This document shows positions 1 to 12,715 of a DNA stretch of 64,000 nt, piece by piece; position 1 is the first letter of the stretch, and every line of letters starts with the position of its first letter. Made by a program: the position numbers and the translations under genes. Under the pieces are notes generated by a model. That model was not told where the DNA came from, ran no database searches, and saw nothing but the letters and a program-made list of their open reading frames with translations. Origin of the DNA: Octopus bimaculoides (lineage: Eukaryota); assembly GCF_001194135.2 (NCBI RefSeq), contig NC_068987.1, positions 18,388,804 through 18,452,803 of the forward strand, read 5' to 3'.

Positions 1-593
1 ATATACATTAAAAATTGGTTTTTCAAAGAAGAATATCTTATTACCCTCAAACGACATCTGGACAGATTCCTTTGAGGGATACCAGACAAAGCACTTGTAC
101 CTGCAGTCGTGTATATATATGGCTGCATGGGCTACATTTTCAAACATCTACGAGGAGAGGTTTCTCCCAGGACTGTCTCTCAGCACAGAGTCTTCTCCCA
201 TATGAGTGCTCTCGAGTGTGTTAAGTGTGACTTTGTGCAGATATATTTCGTTCAACACTGCTTTACGTGACATTTTAGTATACACAGACATATATGTATA
301 CACACACACACACACATATACCCATAAGGCAATGAGCTGGCAGAAACATTAGCACGCCGGGCAAAATACTGCTACGTTCAGAGTTCAAATTCTGCCGAGG
401 TCGACTTTGCTTTTCATCCTTTTGGGGTCGATTAAATAAGTATCAGTTATGGACTGGGGTCGATATAATCGACTTAATTCGTTTTTCTGTCCTTGTTTGT
501 CCTCTCTGTGTGTAGCCCCTTGTGGGTAGTAAAGAAATAACACATATACTCATACATTTTATTCCTTCATTTCATTTTACACGAGAAATATTG

Positions 594-637
594 ATAGTGA
601 CTTCAAAGTTTCGGTTCAGTTGCCTTCATCAGACTAT
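594..637 (-). ncRNA. Type I minimal hammerhead ribozyme motif inside a ~90-bp palindromic element (591-680)
   Basis: Minus strand reads ATAGT-CTGATGA-A-GG(CAACTGAA)CC-GAAAC-TTTGAA-GTC-ACTAT: intact core, 5-bp stem I, weak 2-bp stem II. Confidence 0.6.
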
Positions 638-776
638 ATGCCAAAGATAACTAAGCTGAAATTTTGAAGTCACTGTCAACTTTTTTTTTTTTTTTTTGTG
701 GCAATAAAATCAATGATACTTTACTTAAATCTATTGAGTGAGCCTTCAATTAATGTGTTTTGCACATCGCAAATAT

Positions 777-975
777 ATATATGTGTGTGAGCATATATGT
801 ATATATGTATGTGTTATGTATGTATATATGTATATATATGTATGATTATATACATATATATGTATGTACGTATATGTATAGATGTATGTATGTATATATA
901 TATATGTAGGGACGTATGTATGTATATATGCAAGTATGTATATGTGTGTGTGTGTATGTATATATATATATATAG
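777..975. repeat. (TA)n/(TATG)n/(TG)n microsatellite block, representative of dozens (e.g. 2455-2582, 3880-4280, 14110-14425, 33913-33962)
   Basis: Directly visible simple repeats; source of many spurious Y/I/C/V/H/T-rich ORFs. Confidence 0.95.
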
Positions 976-1359
976 TCAATTAAATATAAAAGTATACCCC
1001 TGTTTCTTTATATCTGTCAATGTCTTGTTTTGCATTCAATATCATTCAACTATGGTTTGTTGAACAGTATTTCTGCATCGCTTCAACTTTATTCACTTGC
1101 TACTTACCTGTAATTATTGCACCTGCATTTTTTTCTTTTCTTTTTTTTTTCTATTTCTGCTTTTTCCGTTATTTGTTTTTTGGGGTTTTTTTTGTTTTTG
1201 TTTTTCATTATTTTCATTTTGTTTTCATTTATTTATTTATGTTTACTTGCATGACTTTGTTGTTCTTGTTGTCATTGCTGCTGCTGTCATTACCGCTGCT
1301 ACCTCTACCACCATCACAACCACCACCACCACCACTACTACTTTTATACTGATACACAG

Positions 1360-1419
1360 GTATCAGACGCAAAACTTTTTCAGGAGATGTCGTCGACTGT
1401 GACCAACTTAACGGAAAAA
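1360..1419 (+). CDS. ARFGAP1: ArfGAP1 60-nt exon, copy A (VSDAKLFQEMSSTVTNLTEK), candidate alternative exon
   Basis: acag|GTA...AAA|gtaagt; exactly 60 nt, phase 0-0, open frame. 8/20 identical to the recalled human VKEGKIFDDVSSGVSQLASK. Embedded in low-complexity intron DNA. Confidence 0.75.
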
Positions 1420-2517
1420 GTAAGTATCCCCCCCTCCCTAACCAAACACTATTGAATGGCTTCTTTTTCCTTTTTTTTTTTATCTTATTTGCTTTCTTGC
1501 CTGCTGTTTTCCCTACACCCTTAATTAATTTTTTTTATTTATCATTAATCACCTTTTATCTTTTTATTATTTTTTTTTTTGCGTTGTTTGTAAAACTAAT
1601 TGTTATTTTCTTTATAATTGTTTATCTATGTAACAACATATCTACTGCTATAAAACTAACATGTGTAGTTACTAAGCTAAGAAATAACTAAATTGATCAA
1701 AATTAATTAAATATATATAGTTTGCTTCCCAACCACATGGTTCTGGGTTCAGTCCCACTGCATGGCATCTTGGGCAAGTGTCTTCTACTATAGCCTCAGG
1801 CCAACCAAAGCCTTATAAGTGGATTAAGTAGACGGAAACTGAAAGAAGCCATCATATATATATGTATGTGTCTGTCTGTCTGTGTGTCTGTGTTTGTCCC
1901 CCCAACATCGCTTGACGACCGATGCTGGTGTGTTTACGTCCCCGTAACTTAGCGGTTCGGCAAAAGAAACCGATAGAATAAGTACTAGGCTTCCAAAGAA
2001 TAAGTCCTGGGGTCCATTTGCTCGATTAAAGGCGGTGCTCCAGCATGGCCGCAGTCAAATGACTGAAACAAGGTAAAAAGAGAGTGATCTCATAGTTTTG
2101 AGATTTCAATGATGTGATTGTATATTTTTAGAATGACATTGTAGGATAGGTGTGAAAGGCCAAGTCTGGCCAGATTGAACATAAAACGGGTAGAATATTT
2201 GGGTCAGAAATGCATGGCTTAAATCCGAAAGGGTTAATGTTAGAGTCATAAATTATTTAAAATCATTTTTCACAAAAGGCAGCCATATTAAGCTGATGTT
2301 GAAGTTCAACCAAGTAGACCAATGTTATCAATGATGGATCTTCAACAGTGATCCACAAAACTCTATCAGCCATGCTTCTCTATATATTATCCCATTTTCT
2401 TTTTGTTATTGTTGTTTGTGTATTTTTTTAACCAGTCATTCTTTATATCCTACTATCAGTATATGTGTGTGTGTGTGTATGTATGTGTGTGAGTATATGT
2501 ATGTGTATATATGTGCA

Positions 2518-2568
<51 letters not shown>

Positions 2569-4249
2569 AGAGAGAGAGAGAGACTGACAAACAGTTATCC
2601 CTTCGAGATCAATAAAATCAATTGATATGGGTATGGTTTGAACTCTAACCTTCCTAGACACTTATTGATCTTCCATTTGGTTCTTTTTATCTACCAATGA
2701 GCCACTGCCATTCATTCTAGATTGCTGGCTCCCATTTTCACTAATCCATTTACAAACCACGAAAACTTCTTCATGACTGCCCTCATCTGCATGCTAGAAA
2801 TAGCAGCTAGATTTCCCTCAAATCATACACTGTTCTATTAGAAAAAAAATAATGGCACATGGAGCAGTTTAGTAGTCTTAGAGGCATTACATCTGATTAA
2901 TAAAAGACACGCTTCTTTCAGTTTCCACTCACAAGGTGTTTGGTTGGCCCAAGGTGTGCCACAAAGTGAGACTGAACCTGAAATCATGTGGTTGAGAAAC
3001 AAAGTTCTTTACTATACCGCCATGTCTGCACCTTCATGTGGCCACACCTGTTTTAAAATGATCTAAATTTAAAGCTTTCCATCATGTAAAATTATGTTCC
3101 AAATGCCAGCTTAATAATAACGACAGTCATTTTCGTAAATGCTTCATTATTTTCGAAATCACTTCCAAAATTAATTGAAAGAAAAAAAAAAAAACAACGG
3201 TGAATTTCAATAGAAACACAGCCACAAAAGTGTTGATATCCTTTTCTAACCTTTTTTTTTACTCCTAAATATTTAACCATCTTCTTCTTCTTGTGTGTGT
3301 TTGTGTGTGTGTACACTATTTCTAAAACATGGCTTTCTGATTTTTGAAATTTGCAATTATCTGCTTGATATCACAGCGTTTTGTAGTTTAATTTTCAATT
3401 TCACAGGAACGGAAATCTTATTAAGGGACATTGGATTTCATTTTGAAACCTGTTCTTTTTCCGTGCCTCCCTTCTTCCCTCCTTCCCATTACATTAGTTC
3501 TTATATTTCGAACTGGGCAGTTGCCAGGGATTGGGTTTTGCAGTTCTCTATCAGAATGCCAATTTTGCCAGCAATTATTTTTATTATTTTNNNNNNNNNN
3601 NNNNNNNNNNNNNNNNNNNNNNNNNNNNNNNNNNNNNNNNNNNNNNNNNNNNNNGGGATCTGTTTGGTTTCATACACTCTTATCACAACCATGAGGTGGT
3701 GTGGGGGAGGAAAGGTTAGAGTTCAGTGGAATAACTGTATTCTCATATTCTCTCGCCCACTTCTTTGCTATTGGTCTCTTCTTTTTCTCATTCTCTGTAA
3801 CAGAAACACACACACTTCTGTCTTTCTTTTACCATCTCCCTTCCCTTTTCTTAGTCTCTCTCTCTCATATAAACTCACACATACACACACACACACACGT
3901 GCATATATTACATACTCCCTCTATCTCTCTTTCACATAAACTCACTCTCATAACATACACACATTCACACCTACACACGCACCCCACACCCACCCACACA
4001 CACACATACATACACTTGCATATATCACATTCTCTGTCCCTCCCTCCCTCTCTCCCTCCCTCTCTCTCCCCCTCTCTCTCTCTCTCTCTCTCCCTCTCTC
4101 AGACTTACACCTTCTTTCATTGTTCTTTGTTTTCTTTTTTGCTCTTCATTTTCTTTTCCTCTCACTCCTCTGACTTATCCCCTCATTCCATTACTCTTCT
4201 CTTTTCTCTCTCCCCTTTCCATACACACGCACACACGTAAATCTAGGTA

Positions 4250-4286
<37 letters not shown>

Positions 4287-7200
4287 GTACATGACTCTCC
4301 CTCTTTTCTCAAAGCTGTCTGTTTCCATAAAGTCAAATTAACTGATTCTTTATTCAGATTGTATTCCAGGGACAAGAAACTTGCTTTGGCTTCAAATATT
4401 TCATTCGCTCAACTAACAAACGCATTCCTAATCACTCTCAATCTTCCTTACAAGATATCTCAGTAGTGTGGAGGGCCACGAAATATTCCTGATGTTTCAC
4501 AATCGTTTCACTTTGATGCTTTCAGTTTGTATAGGATAGTTTAAAATGAAATCACATCCAGTGAATTGGCAAAGCTATTAGAGTGTCAGATACAATACCT
4601 CAAAGTATTTGTTCCTTTGTTCCGAATCCTTGTGTTCTGAGTTCAAATCCTACCAAGGTCAATTATGCCTTTCATCATTTGAGAATCAATAAGAAAAAAA
4701 ATGTATTGATCCAGAACAGTGGATTGATGGAAATGTAAGAATGTTGGACCAAATGTCTTGTGGCATTTGTTCTGGTTTCTGGCATTCTGAATTTAAATTC
4801 TACTATGGTTCCCCCAACCCTTGCCTACCTGAGCAGTAGGTTTAATTTGTTCTGGTTGATACTCCACACCTCGGGTGTCTTTAACAGTGTCCACATTGTT
4901 GCAGTGATTTTAGCCAGGTTTGAAGTTTAAGGATATCTTCCCTCCTTCCCTTCCCACTTGTCTTCAAAGTTCTATGCATGGTCATGGGCATCACCTTCTC
5001 TCCTGACTAAACAGATGAAAAAAGAGACAGACAGACAGACAGACTTTGACTAGATACAAAGGCCTTGTACTTTGGAAGAGGTAGAGAAAGAAAGTGTGAC
5101 ATAAATTTTTCTTATGCAAATTCACCTCACCAAGGTATTGAAACTATGTCCCTGTCTCAACGTTTAACCTTACCAAACAGGAAAACTGCATTCTTCTTCT
5201 TATTATTATTAGGTGGCAGGCTGGCAGAATCGTTAGCACACCGGACAAAATGCTTAGCAGTATTTTGCCTATTGCTATGTTCTGAGTTCAAATTCCACCA
5301 CGGTCAACTTTGCCTTTCATCCTTTTGGGGTCAATGAAATAAGTACCAGTTACACACTGGGGTTGATGTAATCGACTAGCCTTCCTCACCCAAAAATTTC
5401 AGGCCTTGTGCCTATAGTAGAGAGGTCTATTATTGTTATACTCTGAGCTGATGAACAAAAATCAAACCAAATAAATATAACAGTTAGTTAATGAATTAGA
5501 TAAATTAGATAATTGCCATTTTTTAGATTTTAGACATTTATGAATGCCACTTTGCTTTGAGAAAGAGATTCAGTAATAGATTTGGAACCATGTGCCTGGC
5601 ACTTGCTGAGTGACTCCATTAACAATTACACTGGTGCCTGCCAATCACATGATCTAAAATTAGTTGTGTAAATAATTTTTTTACTATTTTTATAAATAAT
5701 TTTTTGTTAGAAGATCATTAGTATGTTACTTAAAGAAACATGCAAGATAGACTAAATCTTATATAAATTTATTACATGTTATATAAACTAATGTCCCATC
5801 AAGCAAGGTGCATGTCACCATTTCAACTTCATTTTTACGGTGAGATGCCACATGATCACATGACCAACCAGGCTATCAGATGTTGTTATACACCACTGGT
5901 CAGAATGTGTTTTGCATCATCTTAGCGTTCGAATAATGATACCCTGCTGGCTAGGCAAACAGGTCAACATTCTCCCCTGATCAAAAGGGAGACTGGAGCG
6001 ATGAAGTGTTTTGCTCAAGAGCACAATGTGCCGTCCAGTCTGGAAATCAAACCCACAATCCATTAATCATGAGTGGGATGGCCTAGCCTCCAGGCCATGC
6101 CCCTCCACAAGGTGAGATATATACCTTAAAAAATATTACAATACACATAAGCTAATGTCCTATCTAGCAAGGTGCATGTAACCATTTGATTTATACAGTG
6201 AGATATATACCTCTCGCTTTCCAAGGGTGATCTGGAGTGTGAGTTTGTGTTTTTTGTGAAATTTTTTTGTGTTGGGGGAGAGACAACTAATGTTAGCGTG
6301 GTTTGTTTTGCATTTCAGGTGAAAGAGGGCACACTGCTGAATGACGTCGGCTCCTCCATGAGCGGTTTTGCTTTCAAGGTATGTCCAGCCACCCTCCTCA
6401 CTCCCTGTAAATAAAAAGCACACATACACGTGTACACATGCACGCACATACACATGCACATTCATGCACACACACATGCACACTCACGTGCTTATACACA
6501 CACACACGTACACACATACACAAAGTCTCTATTTTGATTTTGATTTGTATTTTTATGTTTTTTTATATTTTTACCTCCACCTTAGCAAAGGCAGAGGTAT
6601 TGTTTTCAGTCGTATTTGTTTGTTTGTTTGTTCATGGACAAGATTTGTGACTGGCACGTACTGATTAGATTTTTAGATCAATCTGGTACTGGACAAGGAT
6701 TCTGGATTTTTTTCCTGTTTTTTTAACTTAATTTTTGAGAGCGATCAGGTTCATTTTTAGTATTCTCACTTGTGAGAGCAGTTGAGTTTATTTCAGATAT
6801 TCTCATTTTAAAAATCATCTCTGACTAATCGTTGAGAAGGCGTTGGTGTTGCTTTGGTGGAGGTTTGCGCTTTCTGAGTGCTCTTGTTGTTAATAATTTG
6901 TTTCTATTCTAACGTTACAGATAAAAATATTCCAATGCTGTAGGTGACAAATATCATGAAATCACAGCATGGTCAATTTTGCCCTTAAACTTTTAACTGT
7001 GAAATTAAATTTCATAGGTATTTCAGTAATGATGTTAAATATCTACCAAAACATTTAGAATTGGTATTCTCTGCAAGTTATGTTGCCTCAATAAATTTGA
7101 CATGTCTCAACAAAAAATAGTTTCAAACATGACATTCTTCAACAAAAGTTTGATATATATATATATAGAAATGTTTCATGCGGTTAAGGATATATCTGAA

Positions 7201-8666
7201 TGGATATATCTGACTTCCACTGTAAAAGGGTTAGTAACCCTTCTGTGGCCCCTTGTCAGGTACTGGGGTGGGGGTGGGGGGTCAATTAAATTTCACTGTA
7301 TTTTTCTTCAAAATATCCATTATCGTTGTTGTTTAGGCCAAGGTCATAGTTGACTGAGCAAACTTATGATTAGAGATTCCCAATATGACTACCCCACAGC
7401 TTAATATCATATCCAGGGAAGTATTTTCTTCTCTGTCTTTAATAATTATGTCTGGTCAATTAGCCTGGATCATTCTGTCAGTGTTGACTGGAAAATCCCT
7501 GCGGATAGTGGCATTTTTTTACCTTTTTAACTGGCTCAGAATGATGTTCGTACCAGTAAGCAGGAGTGCTGATTTTGTAGTGTTTACATATTTTGCCAGG
7601 CATGCTAACAGTCCAGCCAGCTCACTGCCGTTATCTGTTATTAATATCACTGAAGTTGACTTTGCCTTTCATTTTGGAGTCAGTAAAATAAGTACCAGTT
7701 GAACACTCCTGGGTTTGTGCCAAAATTTGAAACCAATATTAATGTTGATTTGTTGTCTATTGTTTATGTATGCCTGATTTATATACAATCTATGTCTTTC
7801 AGTTGTCTTCAGCTAGCGCTAAAGGCTGGCAGGGTTTGTCTTCATCACTTTGGGGTGGAGAACCAAAAACTACTCTTGCTACTGCTGACACCAGCCCCGG
7901 AGAAAAAACGTCGCTCCTGGGTGGAGGAAATGGATCACCAACAAAGGGAAAGTAAGTCAGCTTTTTGTCTTTAGTTTGTTTTAGTCATTGGACTGTGGCC
8001 ATACTGGACACCACCTTGAAGGGGTTAGTGGAAGAAATTAACCCCAGTACTTATTGTTTTGAGATCTTGTACTTATTGTATCGATCTCTTAAATGTAGGA
8101 ACATAAACAAACCAATACCAGTTGTCAAGTAATATGGTGTGCGACAACAAAAACACAAATACACAGTAAGCCTTTATGTGGTTTCGATCTACCAAATTCA
8201 CTCACAAAGTATTGGTCAGTCTGGGACTGTAGTAGAAAACACTTGCTCAAGTTTCCCTGCAGTGGGACTGAACCTGAAACCACATGGCTGCTGAACAAGC
8301 TTTCTTAACCACATAACCCTACCTGTGCCCACTGGCCATACCTGCATATAACGTTTGTAGCCTTTGTTTAAAAAAAAACTGAATTAAAAATTAGTTTTAA
8401 ATGACTCTACAGCAATATTTGCACATAACTGTAATTTAATATACTGCAGCTTTGTTATTCGCCAATGCAAATTATCTTCTTTGTAAATGTAGTTTGAGAT
8501 GACCATTTAGTTGTGTGGAATATGTATTCACAACCTTCTCTACTCTCCGCTCTACCTCTCTCTCTATCACACCTCCGTTCAATCAAGGGAGCTTTTTTTG
8601 TTTAGCAAGTTACTTAGTGATCTCAGTTGTGGAAGTTCCACAAAAAAAGGCACTTAGTACTCCCTT

Positions 8667-8708
<42 letters not shown>

Positions 8709-9152
8709 AAGTACATGTCCAACTCATTTTTGCCAACTGAGTGGACTGGAGCAACATGAAATAAAGTGTCTTGCTCAAGGACACAATGTGCCACTGGGAA
8801 TCAAACTCATGACCTTACAATTGTGAAACAAACACCCTAGCCACAAAGCCATGTGCCCTCACAAAGTTAAATCATAATTATTGCATGTATGCTGTATTTT
8901 CCTGGTATTACCCATGATGGCAAAAGTATACTTAAAGTTATCCATCATATGATTGGTTAAACTCATAGGATTATAATGTCTAATATCAATTAGGCTGTGT
9001 GGTAAGTATCTTGCTTACTAACCACATGGTTCCGAGTTCAGTCCCACTGCATGGCACCTTGGGCAAGTGTCTTCTACTATAGCATCGGGCCGACCAAAGC
9101 CTTGTGAGTGGATTTGGTAGACGGAAACTGAAAGAAGCCCGTCGTATATATG

Positions 9153-9195
<43 letters not shown>

Positions 9196-10141
9196 GTGTG
9201 TGTATATGTTTGTGTGCCTGTGGTTGTCCCCCCAACATCGCTTGACAACCGATGCTGGTGAGTTTATGTCCCCGTAACTTAGCAGTTCGGCAAAAAGAGA
9301 CCGATAGAATAAGTACTAGGCTTACAAAGAATATGTCCTGGGGTCGATTTTCTCGACTAAAGGCGGTGCTCCAGCATGGCCGCAGTCAAATGACTGAAAC
9401 AAGTAAAAGAGTATATACAAGGGAAATAATAATTTCTAATATTTTTTTTTTTATTTTCTATTTTCTAGGGATCCCAGCAAGAACCGGTTGTTGTCAGATG
9501 ATGAAGATTCTTGGGGAAGCTGGGGCGCTGGAGACTGGCATCCCGGAGAAAGCAATGTTAGCAGCAATAGTGGCAGCACAAAGGCCCAAAGCCCTCTAAC
9601 AGACATTTCACAAGACAACCCTGCAGTTAATGCTGCTGCAAAAAAGAATGAGATGAACGAGCTGGAGAAATGGCTGAACGCTGGGCAGCTGGATAATGAC
9701 AGCCCGAAAACAGGGGCCAGTAAAACGCCGTCCAAGAAGTCAGATTTTATTTCCGATTGGGACGATTGGCAAATGGGTGGCACAAAGGGCTCCACCTCAC
9801 CTGCTTCGTCGACCAAGTCAGCTTCCACTCTAGAAAGCCCAGCTTTGAGTAGCAAGAAAAAGACAACCCCGTTGACAAAACCACAGCAAAATAAGATCCC
9901 CAAAAACCCCACTGCTTCTGCTGCTGCAGTCCCGGGCTGTTACGAAGCCTCCGACTGGAATAATGACTTCAGTGTCAAACAGAATGAACCACTCGTTGGT
10001 AATCTGGTGGACCTTGGTTCCGATACGAGCACAGCTCAGGACAATTTTGGCTGGGACAATGAGGTGTGGGCTCAGGATAGTGATGATGAATGGCAGTCTC
10101 TTGAGGCCAATAGTACTCCAAGTCGATCAAGAATTAAGTGA
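1360..10141 (+). CDS. ARFGAP1: ADP-ribosylation factor GTPase-activating protein 1, 3' part (5' exons upstream of window); exons 1360-1419 and/or 6319-6378, 7803-7951, 9469-10141
   Basis: Spliced translation VKEGTLLNDVGSSMSGFAFK|LSSASAKGWQGLSSSLWGG... matches the ArfGAP1 ALPS2 region (human, from memory: VKEGKIFDDVSSGVSQLASKVQGVGSKGWRDVTTFFSG). All junctions are GT-AG with consistent phases (0, 0, 2). Acidic W-rich tail ends at TGA 10139-10141. Confidence 0.9.
6319..6378 (+). CDS. ARFGAP1: ArfGAP1 60-nt exon, copy B (VKEGTLLNDVGSSMSGFAFK)
   Basis: tttcag|GTG...AAG|gtatgt; 60 nt, phase 0-0; begins VKEG as in human. Confidence 0.9.
6571..6888 (+). mobile_element. Non-autonomous Helentron/HINE-like rolling-circle element
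   Basis: 5' TTACCTCCACC, subterminal inverted copy GGTGGAGG at 6856-6863, then a short 3' hairpin GCGCT-TTCTG-AGTGC; (GTTT)n after the 5' end. Confidence 0.55.
7803..7951 (+). CDS. ARFGAP1: ArfGAP1 exon (LSSASAKGWQGLSSSLWGGEPK...SPTKG)
   Basis: tctttcag|TTG ... GGA AA|gtaagt; phase 0-2; AKGW matches the SKGW of ALPS2. Confidence 0.9.
8993..9411 (+). mobile_element. tRNA-derived SINE family A with internal (TA)n; other copies ~1719-2083, 20766-21150, 27181-27592, 60949-61350 plus many fragments
   Basis: Near-identical dispersed copies (GGCTGTGTGGTAAG...GGTTCAGTCCCACTG...GACTGAAACAAGTAAAAGAG). This copy ends 57 bp before the last ArfGAP1 exon. Confidence 0.85.
9469..10141 (+). CDS. ARFGAP1: ArfGAP1 terminal coding exon (DPSKNRLLSDDEDSWGSW...SRSRIK*)
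   Basis: Polypyrimidine tract, ttttctag|G completes the phase-2 codon AAG; in frame with ORF 9488-10141. Confidence 0.9.
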
Positions 10142-10212
10142 ACGGAACGGTTAATAGTTAACTCGTAATGTGAATGACATGGGGAAGAAAGATTTAAGTT
10201 TCCTGTTGTTGA

Positions 10213-10243
<31 letters not shown>

Positions 10244-12523
10244 CTTTATTTTTCTTCTTCCTCCCCCTCTTTCCTCCTTCCGTCCCTCCTTCTCCCGCTC
10301 TCCCTTGATTAAATCTAACATAACGGCAGAAATACAACCACCACCAACACACATTCCCACTAACACTATCATATAATCACCACCACCTTTTACACACACA
10401 CACACACTTCTTCAACATACATATTGACATGCACATTCATGCATCTACACACACTTTACATGCACACACACACTCCTACCTCAACACATACATTTGTAAA
10501 TTGACACACACACACACACACACACATTCATACATCTACATAACTACATACATACATTAGCATGTTTATTAAATATTCCGAGCAAAAATGCTACTAAACT
10601 TTAGAATAATCTGGATGCTATAAAACTGTGGAGATACACACTCACACACACACACACATATATATAAGGCAGACATTAAACAATGATGATGATGATGATA
10701 TATACATACATTGGTGTGCAGACATTATTTGTACAAATTTGCATTTGTGTATATAACTGTCTGAAATTCTAGGTGCATTTGTTCTGTGTATGTATGGGTA
10801 TGATGTGCGAGAGTGTAGATAAGTATATTTGTGTATGTGTGTACACACACACACACACGCATGCACATACATACTTACACACACAGAATGAGGGAGAGAG
10901 AGGAGAGGTACTCCAGCATGACTGTCCCTGTAAAGGCTAAAACAAACTCCACAGGATATCATATTTTCTGGCATACAAGTTGAATTTATCAGAATAAAAG
11001 CTACGACCAAAAAGATGCAGGTCAACTTATATACCAAGATGAGTTTGGAAGGCCAAAAATTCCATGTGAAATGCAACAAGATTTGGAACAATAGTGACTA
11101 TGTTTGAATGTGTTTTCACTTTTCACTACTAATTACATGTGAAGACATGTAGCTTAGCAGTTAGGTTATTTGGCTCACGGTTGTAAGTTCATGAGTTTGA
11201 AAACTGGTGGCGCGTTGTGTCTTTCAGCAAGACACTTTATTTTACGTTGCTCCGGGCCACTCAGCTGCCAAAAATCAGTTGAGCAAGTAATTCAAAGGGC
11301 CGCCAGCCTTGTCACACTGTGTCACGCTGAATCTCCCTGAGAACTACGTTAAGGGTACACATGTCTGTGGAGTGCTCAGCCACTTGCACATCAGTTTTAC
11401 AAGCAGACTGTTCTGTTGTTCAAATCAACTGGAACCCTCATCGTCGTAACTAACAGAGTACCAGTTCAATATACTGTTCCATCAACTTCTGTGCCAGAAA
11501 ATATGGTATTCTATGTCATAAAGGTTCAATATTGTTTCATAAAAGTCACTACTCTAGTTTCATATCAACTGGCTGTCTTCAGATATGTTTTAATAATAAA
11601 AAAAAAAATGTATTTTTTCTTGACAGTGCTGTGAATTGGTTTGTCTCTTCAACTTCCATTGCCATTGTGTCTCTTGAGACTAGGCCTGTGTTTGTTTCCA
11701 TCTTGTAGAATTTGTTGGGTTAAATGTTGAATTGAAAATACTTCTTCACACCATCTGAGGGCTATCACCCAACTAGCTGATATGAGACTCTGTGTGTATG
11801 TGTAATTATATATGTATATATATTCTTTTTTCTCTTTTATTCTTATATTTATTTAAATCATTTTACTGTGGCCATGCTGGAGCACCACATTGAAGTGTTT
11901 TTGTCGAACAATTTGACACCAAGACTTTTTTTTTTTAAAGTCCTAGTAATGATTCTATTGGTCTCTTTACCAAACTGCTAAGTTACAGAAACGTAAACAT
12001 GCCAACACAAAGACACACATGGACATATATATATACAACAGGCTTCTTTCAGTTTCTATCTACCAAATCCACTCACAAAGCTTTGGTCGGTGCGAGGCTA
12101 TAGTAGAAGACACATGCCCAAAGTGCCATGCAGTGGGACTGAACCCAGGAATATATATATATATATATGTGATAATCAGCAGCAGCAGAAGTTACAGAAT
12201 GGCTCAAGGGTTAAGAGTCTAATGCATTGGCACTTATCAAACTGGTTTTAGTTTCATAAGTATACCAATGCACAAAACTTTCAGCCCTTCAATTACTTTG
12301 TAACTTCTGCCATTTATTAATGATATATATATGTAAAAGCATTTCATGTTATTCTTAGAAATGATGCACATTTCCAAAATTTCCTGACTCGACTCGAGTA
12401 AAACGAACCACTCCAAATCCTTGTTAGGGTACCCATGTAAAAAGAGTAAGGACTGACTAACTTGTACTGACATGGTGTTGTATAATGTATAATAATGAAT
12501 TCAAAACGAGTAATGATATTTTG

Positions 12524-12715
12524 ATTGCATTTAATATGTGTGTTTCAGATCATTGGGCAGTAGATAAAAAGAACTTCGTCTTTTATGCAACATCTTCCTC
12601 AGTTAAGACATTTTAAAATATTTTGAAATATCTTAACTGAGGAAGATCTTGCATAAGAGATGAATTTCTTTTTATCTATAGCACAATGATCTGAAACATA
12701 CATATTAAATGTAAT
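12524..12715. repeat. 192-bp imperfect palindrome (~90-bp arms)
   Basis: ATTGCATTTAATATG...CTCAGTTAAGACATTT mirrored by AAATATCTTAACTGAG...CATATTAAATGTAAT. Confidence 0.85.

Noticed and set aside
46-102. LKRHLDRFL*GIPDKALVP, possible LINE C-terminal relic (similarly an RTE-like 5' relic at ~32970-33270)
   Set aside because: Too short and degraded to call without a search.
9252-9599. 115-aa ORF
   Set aside because: Runs through a SINE, an intron and the wrong frame of the ArfGAP1 exon.
9451-9912. 153-aa minus-strand ORF
   Set aside because: Antisense shadow of the ArfGAP1 terminal exon.
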